Shown here one piece after another: positions 38,345-48,010 of a stretch of 64,000 nucleotides of DNA (position 1 is the stretch's first letter; each line of letters opens with the position of its first letter). Under the pieces are notes generated by a model. The model saw nothing but the letters and a program-made list of their open reading frames with translations. It made no database searches and had not been told where the DNA came from. The translations under genes were made by a program, and so were the position numbers. The DNA lies in contig CAYSXP010000006.1 in NCBI GenBank assembly GCA_964435015.1, positions 8,079 through 72,078 of the forward strand. Reading direction: 5' to 3'. This DNA is from an uncultured Rikenellaceae bacterium (lineage in GTDB: Bacteria > Bacteroidota > Bacteroidia > Bacteroidales > VadinHA17).

Positions 38345-39337
38345 TTAAGTTAGATTTTTCAAGAGTGTGTAATGCAGTATCAATTCAATTGCGATAAGGC
38401 AGAAGGCGGCGATTGCAGGCCAGAGAAATTTCTCTTCCTTTTTGCTGAACTGTCTGACATCGATGATTGACTTTTCAAGCTTGTCGATCTCACTGTATAC
38501 CTCCACCAGTTTATTGTTATCTGTAGCCCTGAAGTATCTGCCTCCAGTTTCCCCGGCTATCTGGGTCAGTATGGCCTCGTCAATCTCCACAGGCATATTC
38601 TGGTACCGGGTCCCGAACGGTGTTTGGACCGGGTAGGGAGCCATACCCTGGGTTCCCACCCCTATGGTATACACCCTTATCCCGTAGGTTTTTGCTATAT
38701 CGGCTGCGGTTGCCGGGGCTATTTCCCCCCGGTTGTTAATGCCATCAGTTAACAGTATGATCACTTTGCTTTTGGCCTCGGAGTCTTTAATCCTGTTAAT
38801 GGCATTTGCGAGTCCCATGCCGATTGCCGTACCATCCTCGATCATGCCGCTCTGAATTTCGCGCATCAGGTTTATCAGAACGGCATGATCTGTTGTAAGG
38901 GGGCACTGAGTGAAGCTTTCGCCGCTGAAAACAACAAGACCTATACGGTCATAGGGCCTTCCTGATATAAATTCAGTAGCGACATTCTTGGATGCTTCAA
39001 GCCTGTCGGGTTTAAAATCCCTTGCAAGCATGCTTCCCGAGATATCCATTGTGAGCATGATGTCTATTCCTTCCGTCGACAGGTCCTGAAAAGTATTGGT
39101 TGCCTGGGGTCTTGCCAGGACCAATATCAGGAAAACAACGGCCAGGACCCTTAGCGCGAAAAGCGCATGCCTGAGATAATTCCGGAAAGTCCTGCCAGCC
39201 TGCCTGAAAGGCTGGAGCTCCGGCATGCTTAATGCAGCAGAGGTATTATGTTGCTTCAGAACATAAAAAGCGATCATCACCGGCACCAGAAGCAGCAGGT
39301 AAAGAAAATTCCGGTCCGCGAAAATTATCCCGTTCAT
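38345..39337 (-). CDS. batA: BatA-like VWA domain membrane protein
   Basis: VWA MIDAS motif (TMDISGSM) and flanking transmembrane segments. 330 aa. Confidence 0.8.
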   Translation of the reverse strand: MNGIIFADRNFLYLLLLVPVMIAFYVLKQHNTSAALSMPELQPFRQAGRTFRNYLRHALFALRVLAVVFLILVLARPQATNTFQDLSTEGIDIMLTMDISGSMLARDFKPDRLEASKNVATEFISGRPYDRIGLVVFSGESFTQCPLTTDHAVLINLMREIQSGMIEDGTAIGMGLANAINRIKDSEAKSKVIILLTDGINNRGEIAPATAADIAKTYGIRVYTIGVGTQGMAPYPVQTPFGTRYQNMPVEIDEAILTQIAGETGGRYFRATDNNKLVEVYSEIDKLEKSIIDVRQFSKKEEKFLWPAIAAFCLIAIELILHYTLLKNLT

Positions 39338-40329
39338 GTGCTGATATCTTTATTCAGATTGCTGCCCGAGCCCTGTGCTTCGGTTTTCTCCTCCTTTACT
39401 GTCGCCAAAACAAATTTCCCTGCATTTTCAAAATGGATTTCATTTTCGGAAGCGTCAGGCTTGTATTTGGCGAATTTAACCAGATCGGCGCCGTTAAGTA
39501 CCGATTTCAGCAGGACGTAAGTGTCGTCTTTTTTGAATCCGGTCCTCAGAAGCGCATCAAGCGTTTCAGATGTTGTCAGTTCAAGCGAATAGACGCTGAA
39601 TCTGTTCTCAAGATATTTGCGGAGTATTTCGGTGAGTCGTGTGTAATATTTCTTAATCTCACCCGCCTGCCACAATCTGTCATCCTTCAGACGCTCAAGT
39701 TCCCATAGCGCTATAACGTGGGCAGGTTCGGCGGCAATGACCTCAGGCAGATCCTTTTTCTGCTTAATGAGTCTTCTGCCGAGTCTGACTGCGAGCCAGA
39801 CAGCCACTGCAGCTACCAATCCGATGAGGATCCAGGGCATTATCTCACCAAACGAAACAGGGGCCTTGTAAGGTTTTATAATATCAAATATCCCCTTCAC
39901 TGTATCAGGAGGCGTGGCTTTCACTCTTGCTACTTCCAGAATTGAATAATCGGAAAAGAACCTTTTAACTCCCCCGGGATCCCTCAGTTCAACAAAAACA
40001 GGATTTACCCTGTAATAGCCGGAATCAAAGGAAGTGACAAGGTATTTTCCGGTTATCCTGATCAGGTTGCCGGCCATGGTGGTTGTATCCACAACGGGCC
40101 CTGCAAGTATTTCAATGTTTCGGGCAATGGTATCCCTGAAAATGGGAAAAGGGATAAACATCCGGGCCGGTTGTTCAACAATTACGGAGAAATTTATCTG
40201 GTCGCCAATGAAAATCCTTGACGTATCAAATTTTGCGGAGACAGTAATATCCTGGCTGTTCAGATCTGCGGAACAGAAAACAAACAGCAGCAAGACAAAC
40301 AGATATGGTCCGGAAGTTTTTGCACTCAT
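39334..40329 (-). CDS. Membrane protein of the Bat operon (BatD-like N-domain, one TM, DUF4381-like C-domain)
   Basis: 331-aa ORF with 4-nt overlaps to both neighbours, a signal peptide and a central transmembrane segment (WILIGLVAAVAVWLAV). Confidence 0.6.
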   Translation of the reverse strand: MSAKTSGPYLFVLLLFVFCSADLNSQDITVSAKFDTSRIFIGDQINFSVIVEQPARMFIPFPIFRDTIARNIEILAGPVVDTTTMAGNLIRITGKYLVTSFDSGYYRVNPVFVELRDPGGVKRFFSDYSILEVARVKATPPDTVKGIFDIIKPYKAPVSFGEIMPWILIGLVAAVAVWLAVRLGRRLIKQKKDLPEVIAAEPAHVIALWELERLKDDRLWQAGEIKKYYTRLTEILRKYLENRFSVYSLELTTSETLDALLRTGFKKDDTYVLLKSVLNGADLVKFAKYKPDASENEIHFENAGKFVLATVKEEKTEAQGSGSNLNKDIST

Positions 40330-41189
40330 CTGTTCTCAAAAAGCTTAATCAATGGTTTCACATAGTCTTCTCCTGTTGCCAGGCTGACAGAGTCGACGCC
40401 ATACTTTCTGAAGATGCCTTCGACATTTGCGGTGTGGCCGTTCCACCACTTCGAGTACGCGCGCCTTGTCAGAGATGAGGATGTGTCAATCCACTTTTCA
40501 CTTCCTTTTTCAGAATCCCTGACCTTGATGAATCCGATATCCGGCAATTCCTTCTCAAAAGGATCATATACCCTTAGAGCCACAACATCATGTTTGTTGG
40601 CCGCGATTTTCAGGGCTTCATTAAAATCAGGAGCAATGAAATCGGATATTATAAAAGCAGTGCATCTTTTTTTTATTGCATTGGTCAGGAACCTGAGCGG
40701 TTCGCCAAGACTGGTATTATTGCTTTCAGGTTTGAAATCAAGTAGTTCCCTGATGATCCGGAGTATATGCTTTCTGCCCTTCTGGGGAGGAATGAATTTT
40801 TCCACCGTTTCCGTGAAAAAAATCACACCTATCTTGTCGTTGTTGTAAATAGCGGAGAATGAGATAACTGCTGCGACTTCAGTCATGATGTCCCTTTTGA
40901 AGCTTACATTCGTCCCGAAATTTCCCGAACCGCTTAAATCGATGAGCAGCATAACGGTGAGCTCTCTTTCTTCTTCAAAAACTTTAACATAGGGATGATT
41001 GAAGCGTGCTGTAACATTCCAGTCGATATTTCTTATATCATCGCCGTACTGGTATTCCCTGACTTCATTGAAGGCAATGCCGCGGCCCTTGAATGCACTG
41101 TGGTATTCACCGGCAAAGATCTGCCTGGTCAATCCCCGGGTTTTGATCTCGATCCGTCTTACTTTTTTTAATAAGTCAATTGCTTCCAC
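40326..41189 (-). CDS. DUF58-domain protein (MoxR partner, VWA-like)
   Basis: 287 aa. YQYGDDIRNIDWNVTAR is the DUF58 hallmark. Located downstream of moxR. Confidence 0.85.
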   Translation of the reverse strand: MEAIDLLKKVRRIEIKTRGLTRQIFAGEYHSAFKGRGIAFNEVREYQYGDDIRNIDWNVTARFNHPYVKVFEEERELTVMLLIDLSGSGNFGTNVSFKRDIMTEVAAVISFSAIYNNDKIGVIFFTETVEKFIPPQKGRKHILRIIRELLDFKPESNNTSLGEPLRFLTNAIKKRCTAFIISDFIAPDFNEALKIAANKHDVVALRVYDPFEKELPDIGFIKVRDSEKGSEKWIDTSSSLTRRAYSKWWNGHTANVEGIFRKYGVDSVSLATGEDYVKPLIKLFENR

Positions 41190-41263
41190 CTTTCAAGGCC
41201 TTCAAATTAGATTACCTGTTAAATTCCCCTGCAATTGTGCAAGAGGACAGTAGCCTGAGTTTT

Positions 41264-42259
41264 TCAGGGCACCTCTACTACATTAAGTATCTCTGAAATA
41301 ATCTTATCCTGATTTATATTTTCAGCTTCAGCTTCATAAGTAAGCCCGATCCTGTGGCGCATAACATCAGCGCATATTGTTCTGACATCTTCGGGGATCA
41401 CATATCCCCTTCTCCTGATGAATGCGTATGCCTTGGAAGCCAGTGCCAGGTTTATGGAGGCGCGCGGTGAAGCTCCGTAGGCAATCATGGTGTTAAATGA
41501 CGGCAACCCATACTTTCCGGGATTCCTGCTTGCGAATACTATGTTCAGGATATAGTTCTCGATTTTCTCGTCCATGTAGACCTCCCTCACTATATTGCGT
41601 GCCCTTATAATATCGTCAGGCCGGAGTACGGTATCGGTCCTGGGGAATTCCCTGCCAAGATTCTCCCTTATTATCAGTTTCTCCTCCTCAATGGAAGGGT
41701 AGTCAATAAGCACTTTCATCATGAACCTGTCGACCTGTGCTTCCGGAAGCGGATAGGTGCCCTCCTGTTCTATCGGATTCTGGGTTGCCAGAACAAGAAA
41801 TGGTTCATCCAGATGGTAGGTCGATTCACCGATTGTGATCTGCCGTTCCTGCATGGCTTCAAGCAGGGCGCTTTGGACTTTGGCAGGTGACCTGTTTATT
41901 TCATCGGCGAGTATGAAATTTGCAAAGACAGGGCCTTTTTTTACTATGAATTCCTCCCTTTTCTGACTATAGATCATCGTGCCTGTCAGGTCAGCGGGAA
42001 GCAGGTCCGGAGTAAACTGGATCCTGCTGAATTTTGCGTCAATTATTGAAGCCAATGATTTTATGGCCAGGGTTTTAGCCAAACCAGGCACTCCTTCGAG
42101 GAGGATATGCCCGTTTGCAAGAAGTCCGATCATAAGTGAATCGGTAAGATGCCGCTGGCCGACAATTACCTTATTCATTTCCATGCGAATGATGTCAACG
42201 AATGAGCTCTCCCTTTCGATTTTTTCGTTAAGTGAGCGGATATCCTGTGTTTGCTCCAT
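41264..42259 (-). CDS. moxR: MoxR-family AAA+ ATPase
   Basis: Walker A GVPGLAKT, Walker B ILADEINR, and FLVLATQNPIEQEGTYPLPEAQVDRF. Confidence 0.92.
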   Translation of the reverse strand: MEQTQDIRSLNEKIERESSFVDIIRMEMNKVIVGQRHLTDSLMIGLLANGHILLEGVPGLAKTLAIKSLASIIDAKFSRIQFTPDLLPADLTGTMIYSQKREEFIVKKGPVFANFILADEINRSPAKVQSALLEAMQERQITIGESTYHLDEPFLVLATQNPIEQEGTYPLPEAQVDRFMMKVLIDYPSIEEEKLIIRENLGREFPRTDTVLRPDDIIRARNIVREVYMDEKIENYILNIVFASRNPGKYGLPSFNTMIAYGASPRASINLALASKAYAFIRRRGYVIPEDVRTICADVMRHRIGLTYEAEAENINQDKIISEILNVVEVP

Positions 42260-42382
42260 TGATTAAAAAATTAAGTAGCAAATATAATAAATTGAGATGA
42301 CCGGAATTACCCTGCTGTCAGGGGAAAATTCCACACAAAACAATAAGATGATTTTTAAAATTGAAGTTAAGATGAGTTAAAT

Positions 42383-43570
42383 TTACGTTAAATCAGGCAA
42401 TGTGAATGGATTCCATTTGAATCCGGCCCTGACGGAGCTTCTGAGGATCAGCAGTACTGTCAGAGGGAACATGGCATTGTTGAATTTCTGGGGCAGGACA
42501 GCGGCAAGGATCAAAAAAATTACGGCCAGCCAGAATACAAGCCGGAAGCATCCAGTCCTGTTTTTTTTCAGTATCAGTAAAACAAGGCATGCCGGTATCA
42601 GGGGATTGAGCCAAATCACATTCAGGTTCCATCTGAGCTGCTGATGGTCCGTAAAAAAATTAAAAAAGATCATCATTGCCGCAAGCAGTGAAAAAACTGA
42701 AAAAACAATGATATCGATGATCCTGTTGGGTTCTTTTCTCCTGGTTGTACCTGAAATGATGATGGCAATTATAAGGATCATGGACAGTACGAAAAGCGGC
42801 GATCTGAAGAATCCTTCCCGGAGGGCAGGCCGGCTGAAGTTTAATTTTGTTTCGGGATTCTGCAATAAAGGGATCATCTTGTCATCCTGTCGTATATGAA
42901 TGAAAGACAGCCCCTTCTGTAGTTCAATCGGAAGGAACATCCTGTCCCGCATGGTCGCTTTCCTGTCAACCGGGGCACCAAGCAGGAGATCGATGCCAAG
43001 TTTCATCCATGGATATCCCTTCTGGTAAACGGAAATCAAATCCCTGAATGAAGCCGGGTTCCCCTTGATTGTTTCTTCAGGATATAAAAAGCTTCCTCCT
43101 GCTGCTTTTTCAAGAAGATCGCGGATCCTGGTTGAACAATTGTCATACAGGAAATCATATCGGTATTCTATGTTACCGGGCAGCAGGTTTTCTGAGATCA
43201 GCCGAAACAGTTCCTGTTTTTCACTGATTGAAAGGTTTATTTTCTGAGAGATCATCCAGCGTTTTTCCGATTCATATTCCCGGAGAAAACTGGTGTATGA
43301 GTAGACTCCCAGCATGTACCGTAGCCTGCCTTTGGCAAACTTCCATGCAAAATTCGGAGTGGCAAAATCGAAAATGCCCCAGTTATAAACCAGGTCGCTG
43401 TTATTTCCGGGAACGACGATCCTCAGCGCACTGTGTCCGTAAATTGAATATAACTCAGTTCCCGGACCGCACGTAAGCAGGTAAATATCAGCATCCGGAA
43501 CCTCTGCTGATGTCAGGCTTCCGTTTCCGGAAATCATAAAAACCATCAATGCAACAGCCAGCTTTCTCAT
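42383..43570 (-). CDS. DUF4105 (Lnb N-terminal periplasmic domain) membrane protein
   Basis: IYLLTCGPGTELYSIYGHSALRI is the DUF4105 hallmark. The C-terminal part has multiple transmembrane segments. 395 aa. Confidence 0.75.
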   Translation of the reverse strand: MRKLAVALMVFMISGNGSLTSAEVPDADIYLLTCGPGTELYSIYGHSALRIVVPGNNSDLVYNWGIFDFATPNFAWKFAKGRLRYMLGVYSYTSFLREYESEKRWMISQKINLSISEKQELFRLISENLLPGNIEYRYDFLYDNCSTRIRDLLEKAAGGSFLYPEETIKGNPASFRDLISVYQKGYPWMKLGIDLLLGAPVDRKATMRDRMFLPIELQKGLSFIHIRQDDKMIPLLQNPETKLNFSRPALREGFFRSPLFVLSMILIIAIIISGTTRRKEPNRIIDIIVFSVFSLLAAMMIFFNFFTDHQQLRWNLNVIWLNPLIPACLVLLILKKNRTGCFRLVFWLAVIFLILAAVLPQKFNNAMFPLTVLLILRSSVRAGFKWNPFTLPDLT

Positions 43571-43882
43571 CTTTCTTCCGTTTCTGTAAACCTAATTCTT
43601 TTTTTTCAATGGAAAACAAACCGACCATTCCTTTTAAGGCGGTAAACTGAAGGCTGCTCCGCCATGCATATGAATCATTTATTTTGAATGTTCCCTGCTT
43701 TTTAGTTAGATTTATGCCGTTCGGGAAATCTGAAAAACAGGACCATTCATGTGCGGCAGCACATAAGCAGGATCCTGTTATATCATGGAGTCATATGTGT
43801 TTTAATGCCATTGGTCCCGTTTCATTGCAGTAATGTACAGAAAATAAAGAAGTTGATCAACTGAACAAGTAACCCGATTAAT

Positions 43883-44530
43883 ATGGAGCATTTTGACCTG
43901 ATCAGAATTATTAAGTTTCTTCCTGGTATAATAATTGGACTGACCATTCATGAATTCAGCCATGCTTTTATGGCAAGGCATTGTGGCGACAACACCTCTC
44001 ATGATCAGGGAAGAGTATCACTGAATCCATTCAGGCATATTGATATTATGGGCTTTGCAGTGCTTCTGATTGCAGGTTTTGGCTGGGCGAAGCCGGTTCA
44101 GTTCAACGAACAGAATCTTAATAATCCCCGGACCGACATAATGAAGATAGCCGTTGCCGGCCCTTTGTCAAATGCATTAATCGCAATTCTCATCTCATTC
44201 CTGTATGCATTTTTTGATCTTTTCATCAAGGGCCACGGCGCAGGATTAAGAATGCTTAACGATATTACCCTGTATGCAATTTATCTGAACTGGGGTCTGT
44301 TCGTGTTCAATATGCTTCCGATCCCGCCGCTTGACGGCTCTCATCTCCTTTTAAACTATTTCAGGAAATTCCCTGCCCTTCATGCCAGAATGTACCAGTA
44401 CGGATCACTTGTATTTTTTGCTCTCATTCTGGTAATGATCCTTACAAAAATTGATATTCTTCCAATCTGGCCGGTGGTAAAGTTCCTTGGCAACGGGTTC
44501 CTTGACCTCTTTCATAGTTTGCTTCACTGA
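43883..44530 (+). CDS. Site-2 protease family (peptidase M50) membrane metalloprotease
   Basis: HEFSHA (HExxH) in the first transmembrane segment and a later LPIPPLDGSHLL motif. 215 aa. Confidence 0.85.
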   Translation: MEHFDLIRIIKFLPGIIIGLTIHEFSHAFMARHCGDNTSHDQGRVSLNPFRHIDIMGFAVLLIAGFGWAKPVQFNEQNLNNPRTDIMKIAVAGPLSNALIAILISFLYAFFDLFIKGHGAGLRMLNDITLYAIYLNWGLFVFNMLPIPPLDGSHLLLNYFRKFPALHARMYQYGSLVFFALILVMILTKIDILPIWPVVKFLGNGFLDLFHSLLH

Positions 44531-44646
44531 TTATATTATAGGTCTGTTATAAGAATTAGGATTACTTTTTTTGCAATTGCCCTGATTTTTTGTATCTTGT
44601 TAGGATATGATTAATTTTTTTCCTGTTTCTGAACAAGCCGGTATTA

Positions 44647-45303
44647 ATGGAAAATAGTATTTTTCAACAGTCAGACAGATATTCATCGGCCAGGGAAAGA
44701 ATGGTAAGAGTCCAGATTATTGACCGCGGTGTCCGGGACCAGGCTGTTCTGAGCGCCATGCGGAAAGTACCGCGGCATATGTTTGTTCCCCGGGATAATC
44801 TCGGGGAGGCCTACGATGACAATCCGCTTCCCATTGGTTATGGGCAAACAATCTCCCAGCCGTATATTGTGGCTTACATGACGGAGATTGTTCAGCCAAC
44901 GATCCGTAAGAACGCCCTTGAAATAGGGACCGGATCGGGTTACCAGGCGGCAGTGCTTGCCGAGATCGTCAGGCACGTATACACAATTGAGATAGTTCCG
45001 GAACTTGCAGAAATTTCAGCCGCAAGGCTTAAGGAGCTGGGATACCGGAATGTGACTGTAAAACATGGTGACGGCTACCTGGGCTGGTCCGAGCATTCTC
45101 CGTTTGACATTGTGATAATCACTGCTGCAGTTGAACAAATACCGCAGCCTTTGATTGATCAGCTTGCAGACAATGGCCGCCTGGTGGTACCTGTCGGAGC
45201 CCCTTATGCTGTTCAGGAGCTTATACTTATTGAGAAGAAGAACGGAAAGATACAGAAAAGCCGGCTGACTTTCGTTCGTTTTGTACCATTTAAAAGGTTG
45301 TGA
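44647..45303 (+). CDS. pcm: Protein-L-isoaspartate O-methyltransferase
   Basis: GQTISQPYIVAYM, LEIGTGSGYQAAVLA and the C-terminal VRFVPF. 218 aa. Confidence 0.92.
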   Translation: MENSIFQQSDRYSSARERMVRVQIIDRGVRDQAVLSAMRKVPRHMFVPRDNLGEAYDDNPLPIGYGQTISQPYIVAYMTEIVQPTIRKNALEIGTGSGYQAAVLAEIVRHVYTIEIVPELAEISAARLKELGYRNVTVKHGDGYLGWSEHSPFDIVIITAAVEQIPQPLIDQLADNGRLVVPVGAPYAVQELILIEKKNGKIQKSRLTFVRFVPFKRL

Positions 45304-45344
45304 TCGTTTTTTAACGGGAATCGTTTCATTAGCCGTATTGTGAT

Positions 45345-45539
45345 ATGGAATTTAATCAATCCCTGAAACTGAAGGAGCAATGGGGAAACAAGCCCTGTGA
45401 TCATCCGCATGTTGAAAAAGTATATTATGCCGGAGCATTTATTTTAAACTACTCCTGCACAATGTGCGGTACTGATTTTACAGTTGCCGCGAAACTTGAG
45501 CTTGAACAAATGCGAAAAAAAGGCAAAGGCAACAGGTAA
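45345..45539 (+). CDS. Small Cys-containing hypothetical protein (possible zinc-ribbon)
   Basis: 64-aa ORF with C-x2-H ... C-x2-C (CDHPH ... CTMCG). Its position between pcm and the second KamA gene is the only contextual support. Confidence 0.35.
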   Translation: MEFNQSLKLKEQWGNKPCDHPHVEKVYYAGAFILNYSCTMCGTDFTVAAKLELEQMRKKGKGNR

Positions 45540-45747
45540 GCCTGGTTCACTGACGTATTTATAACCACACAACAGACTATCCGGGTTACTGGTTGATTTT
45601 ATCCTGAATTTCCGGTCCTGAACTGTGCCGGAGTGTGATAATCATGTTTATTTGCAATGATATAGTTCTAACGGCGACCGCAGTTAATCCGGTACGCGTA
45701 CTGAACACCAGGGTGGATATGAAACAAAAATTAAATTGCTGCGACAA

Positions 45748-47286
45748 ATGAATGAGGATAATGATGTGCTTTACATTCCCAGACATTACAATTCAATAGA
45801 ATTGTGGAAGGATATTACGGAAGCACAGTGGAACGATGCCAGATGGCAGCAGAGGAACTCAATCCGGAGTGTTGAACAACTTGCAGGAGTGATAGATCTG
45901 AATGATCATCAGAAAAATGAAATAGGCAGAACCATAAAAGCTTTAAGGAGGCAGGGAAAGGAACCATTGCGTATTACTCCTTATTATGCATCCCTGATGT
46001 GTGCTGATCCGTTTCATCCGGTAATGCCTGTGGGAGAAAAACCAAACAAACGCGTTGACCCGGTTTTCTGGCAAAGTGTGCCCACTCCGGCCAATCTGCT
46101 TTTTCCCGATACAGGCGCAGAGGGCGCAATGTCGGAGAGTTCGAGAAGTTACGGTGCGGCATACCAGAGATATCCAAACAGGGTCGCTCTTTTTGTAGCG
46201 GAAAATACCAGTTGTGCATCATACTGTGTACACTGCCAGAGGGCCAAGTCGCTTGATGGCACCGTTGAAGTAAGCACCGCTGAAATCAACAGGGGATTGT
46301 TTTACATAGGATATAACAAAAATATTAATGAAGTTCTGGTTACCGGTGGTGATGCTCTGATGATCAGCAAAAACCGGTTGAAATACATCCTGGAAGAACT
46401 GAGCAGGATACCTCATCTGCGAGTGATAAGGATAGCCACAAGAGTACCGGTGGTATTGCCTATGGCGATAACGGATGATCTGCTGGAACTCATAAATGTT
46501 TCCGCAAACAGATATAACTCCGGTCATGAAAAATATGTGTACTTCATGACTCATATAAATCACTATCATGAGATAACCCGCGAGCTGGCCATTGCTTCAA
46601 AAAAGATCCGGAGTCACGGATTTACAATCCGCAACCAGACCGTCTTGCTGAATCATGTGAATGATTATTACAAAACTCTTGCAGAAACACTCAGAAGAAT
46701 GTTCTGGGTCGGTATCCATCCATATTATTTATTGCAGTGCCATAAGGAGAAAGGAATTGTTCATTTCATTACACCGGTGCAGATCGGCAAAATATACATA
46801 AAGCATCTGCAGGGCTGGATTTCTGGTATAACAATGCCGCGTTATGCAGCCAATATTGAAGGTGGCGGAGGAAAAGTGCTTCTGATGCCTTCAGGGCACG
46901 ATACTCTCGGTGAAGAAATCCATATAGATGAAAAAATCTCTGAGAGCTTTGCGATGGTTTCCACATGGGACGATAAAAAGATATACCGGTATGAATCCCT
47001 GGGAAGAGCTACAAGGGAAGAGTTTGAAGAGGCTGTCAGTCTGATGGATAAATTCATTGGAAGAAAAGGAGTGTTTCTGCCAAAAGTTATTATTGTTGAT
47101 GAAAAGGGAAATCATGTTGAGACCACCAACAGGTCAAAGCTTCCTGTTTTTGCACGACTCAGGAAATCCCAGCTTTTGGGATATGAGATCCATGAAAAGG
47201 ACATGCCGCTGACCAACCCTCAGGAAATTCTTCCCGAGCTTGAAGAACAGTTTGCTGTGTCGAAATATTCCCGGCACGGGAAATGA
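45748..47286 (+). CDS. Divergent KamA-family radical SAM aminomutase with C-terminal extension (substrate unlikely to be lysine)
   Basis: CASYCVHCQR cluster motif, TGGDAL and the GGGGK PLP lysine. It has LLQCHKEKG and AANIEGGGGK where lysine 2,3-aminomutase has QCD and VDAPGGGGK. The tail beyond the core is over 100 aa longer than in the other KamA paralog in this window. The ATG at 45748 is preferred over the TTG at 45736. Confidence 0.8.
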   Translation: MNEDNDVLYIPRHYNSIELWKDITEAQWNDARWQQRNSIRSVEQLAGVIDLNDHQKNEIGRTIKALRRQGKEPLRITPYYASLMCADPFHPVMPVGEKPNKRVDPVFWQSVPTPANLLFPDTGAEGAMSESSRSYGAAYQRYPNRVALFVAENTSCASYCVHCQRAKSLDGTVEVSTAEINRGLFYIGYNKNINEVLVTGGDALMISKNRLKYILEELSRIPHLRVIRIATRVPVVLPMAITDDLLELINVSANRYNSGHEKYVYFMTHINHYHEITRELAIASKKIRSHGFTIRNQTVLLNHVNDYYKTLAETLRRMFWVGIHPYYLLQCHKEKGIVHFITPVQIGKIYIKHLQGWISGITMPRYAANIEGGGGKVLLMPSGHDTLGEEIHIDEKISESFAMVSTWDDKKIYRYESLGRATREEFEEAVSLMDKFIGRKGVFLPKVIIVDEKGNHVETTNRSKLPVFARLRKSQLLGYEIHEKDMPLTNPQEILPELEEQFAVSKYSRHGK

Positions 47287-47323
47287 TTCTTTGGGGGTGT
47301 CTGATCAGCACAGGTCTTTCTCC

Positions 47324-48010
47324 TTATTTACTTGTGTTTCCCGACTGATCAACTGCCACAACATGATAATAATATTCAGGCATGTTGTGAACAGAAATAT
47401 CCCTGAATGAATTCACGATAGTGGTGCCGATCTGCTTTTCCGGAGATATCTCAACCTCAGGTTTCTCAGATCTGTAAATCCTGTAATGGCAGAAGTCTTT
47501 TTCAATGCCCGGATCCCAGGTGAGAAATACCCTGTCGCGGCCCTCATCCATTCTTCGCCCTGCTTTCAGGTTCCTGATTTCCGCAGGAGGATCATCATCA
47601 TACAATGTAGTGTATACCACCAGCGGCTGTGCCGGAACAAGGTCGGAAAAGGAATTATCGAAGATATCAAAGTTATTGATGTAATGGTGGCCTCCGTAAA
47701 TACCCGTTATGCTGTCCATTTTATTTGCGGCCCATTCTATTGTTGGCCAGTATTCGAAAGGAGAGGCATCCGATGCCGGGAGTTCAATATTAAGATTCCT
47801 CGAGTTCAGCTCATCAAAAAACATTCCGTGGATCTTCCTGAAGAAATCCAGGTCTTTTGTCATTGATGTCCACTCTACGGGGGATAGCTCATTGGCCATG
47901 CAGTAGTATGTTATATTGCTGAAACCTTTATTTTTCTTAAGGTATTCGAGATTGTCAACCTCCTTTTTTACAGATTCCGGCTCATTTTTGCCTTTCTTCA
48001 GGCAGTGTTT
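47324..48010 (-). pseudogene. Truncated glycoside-hydrolase gene fragment (clan GH-A-like NE and HxY motifs + C-terminal Fn3-like domain)
   Basis: The frame stays open upstream of the first Met as far as a stop at 48011-48013, reading ...NLEYLKKNKGFSNITYYCMANELSPVEW...GGHHY.... There is no signal peptide or N-terminal half of the barrel, and the frame ends against the tRNA locus. Confidence 0.55.
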
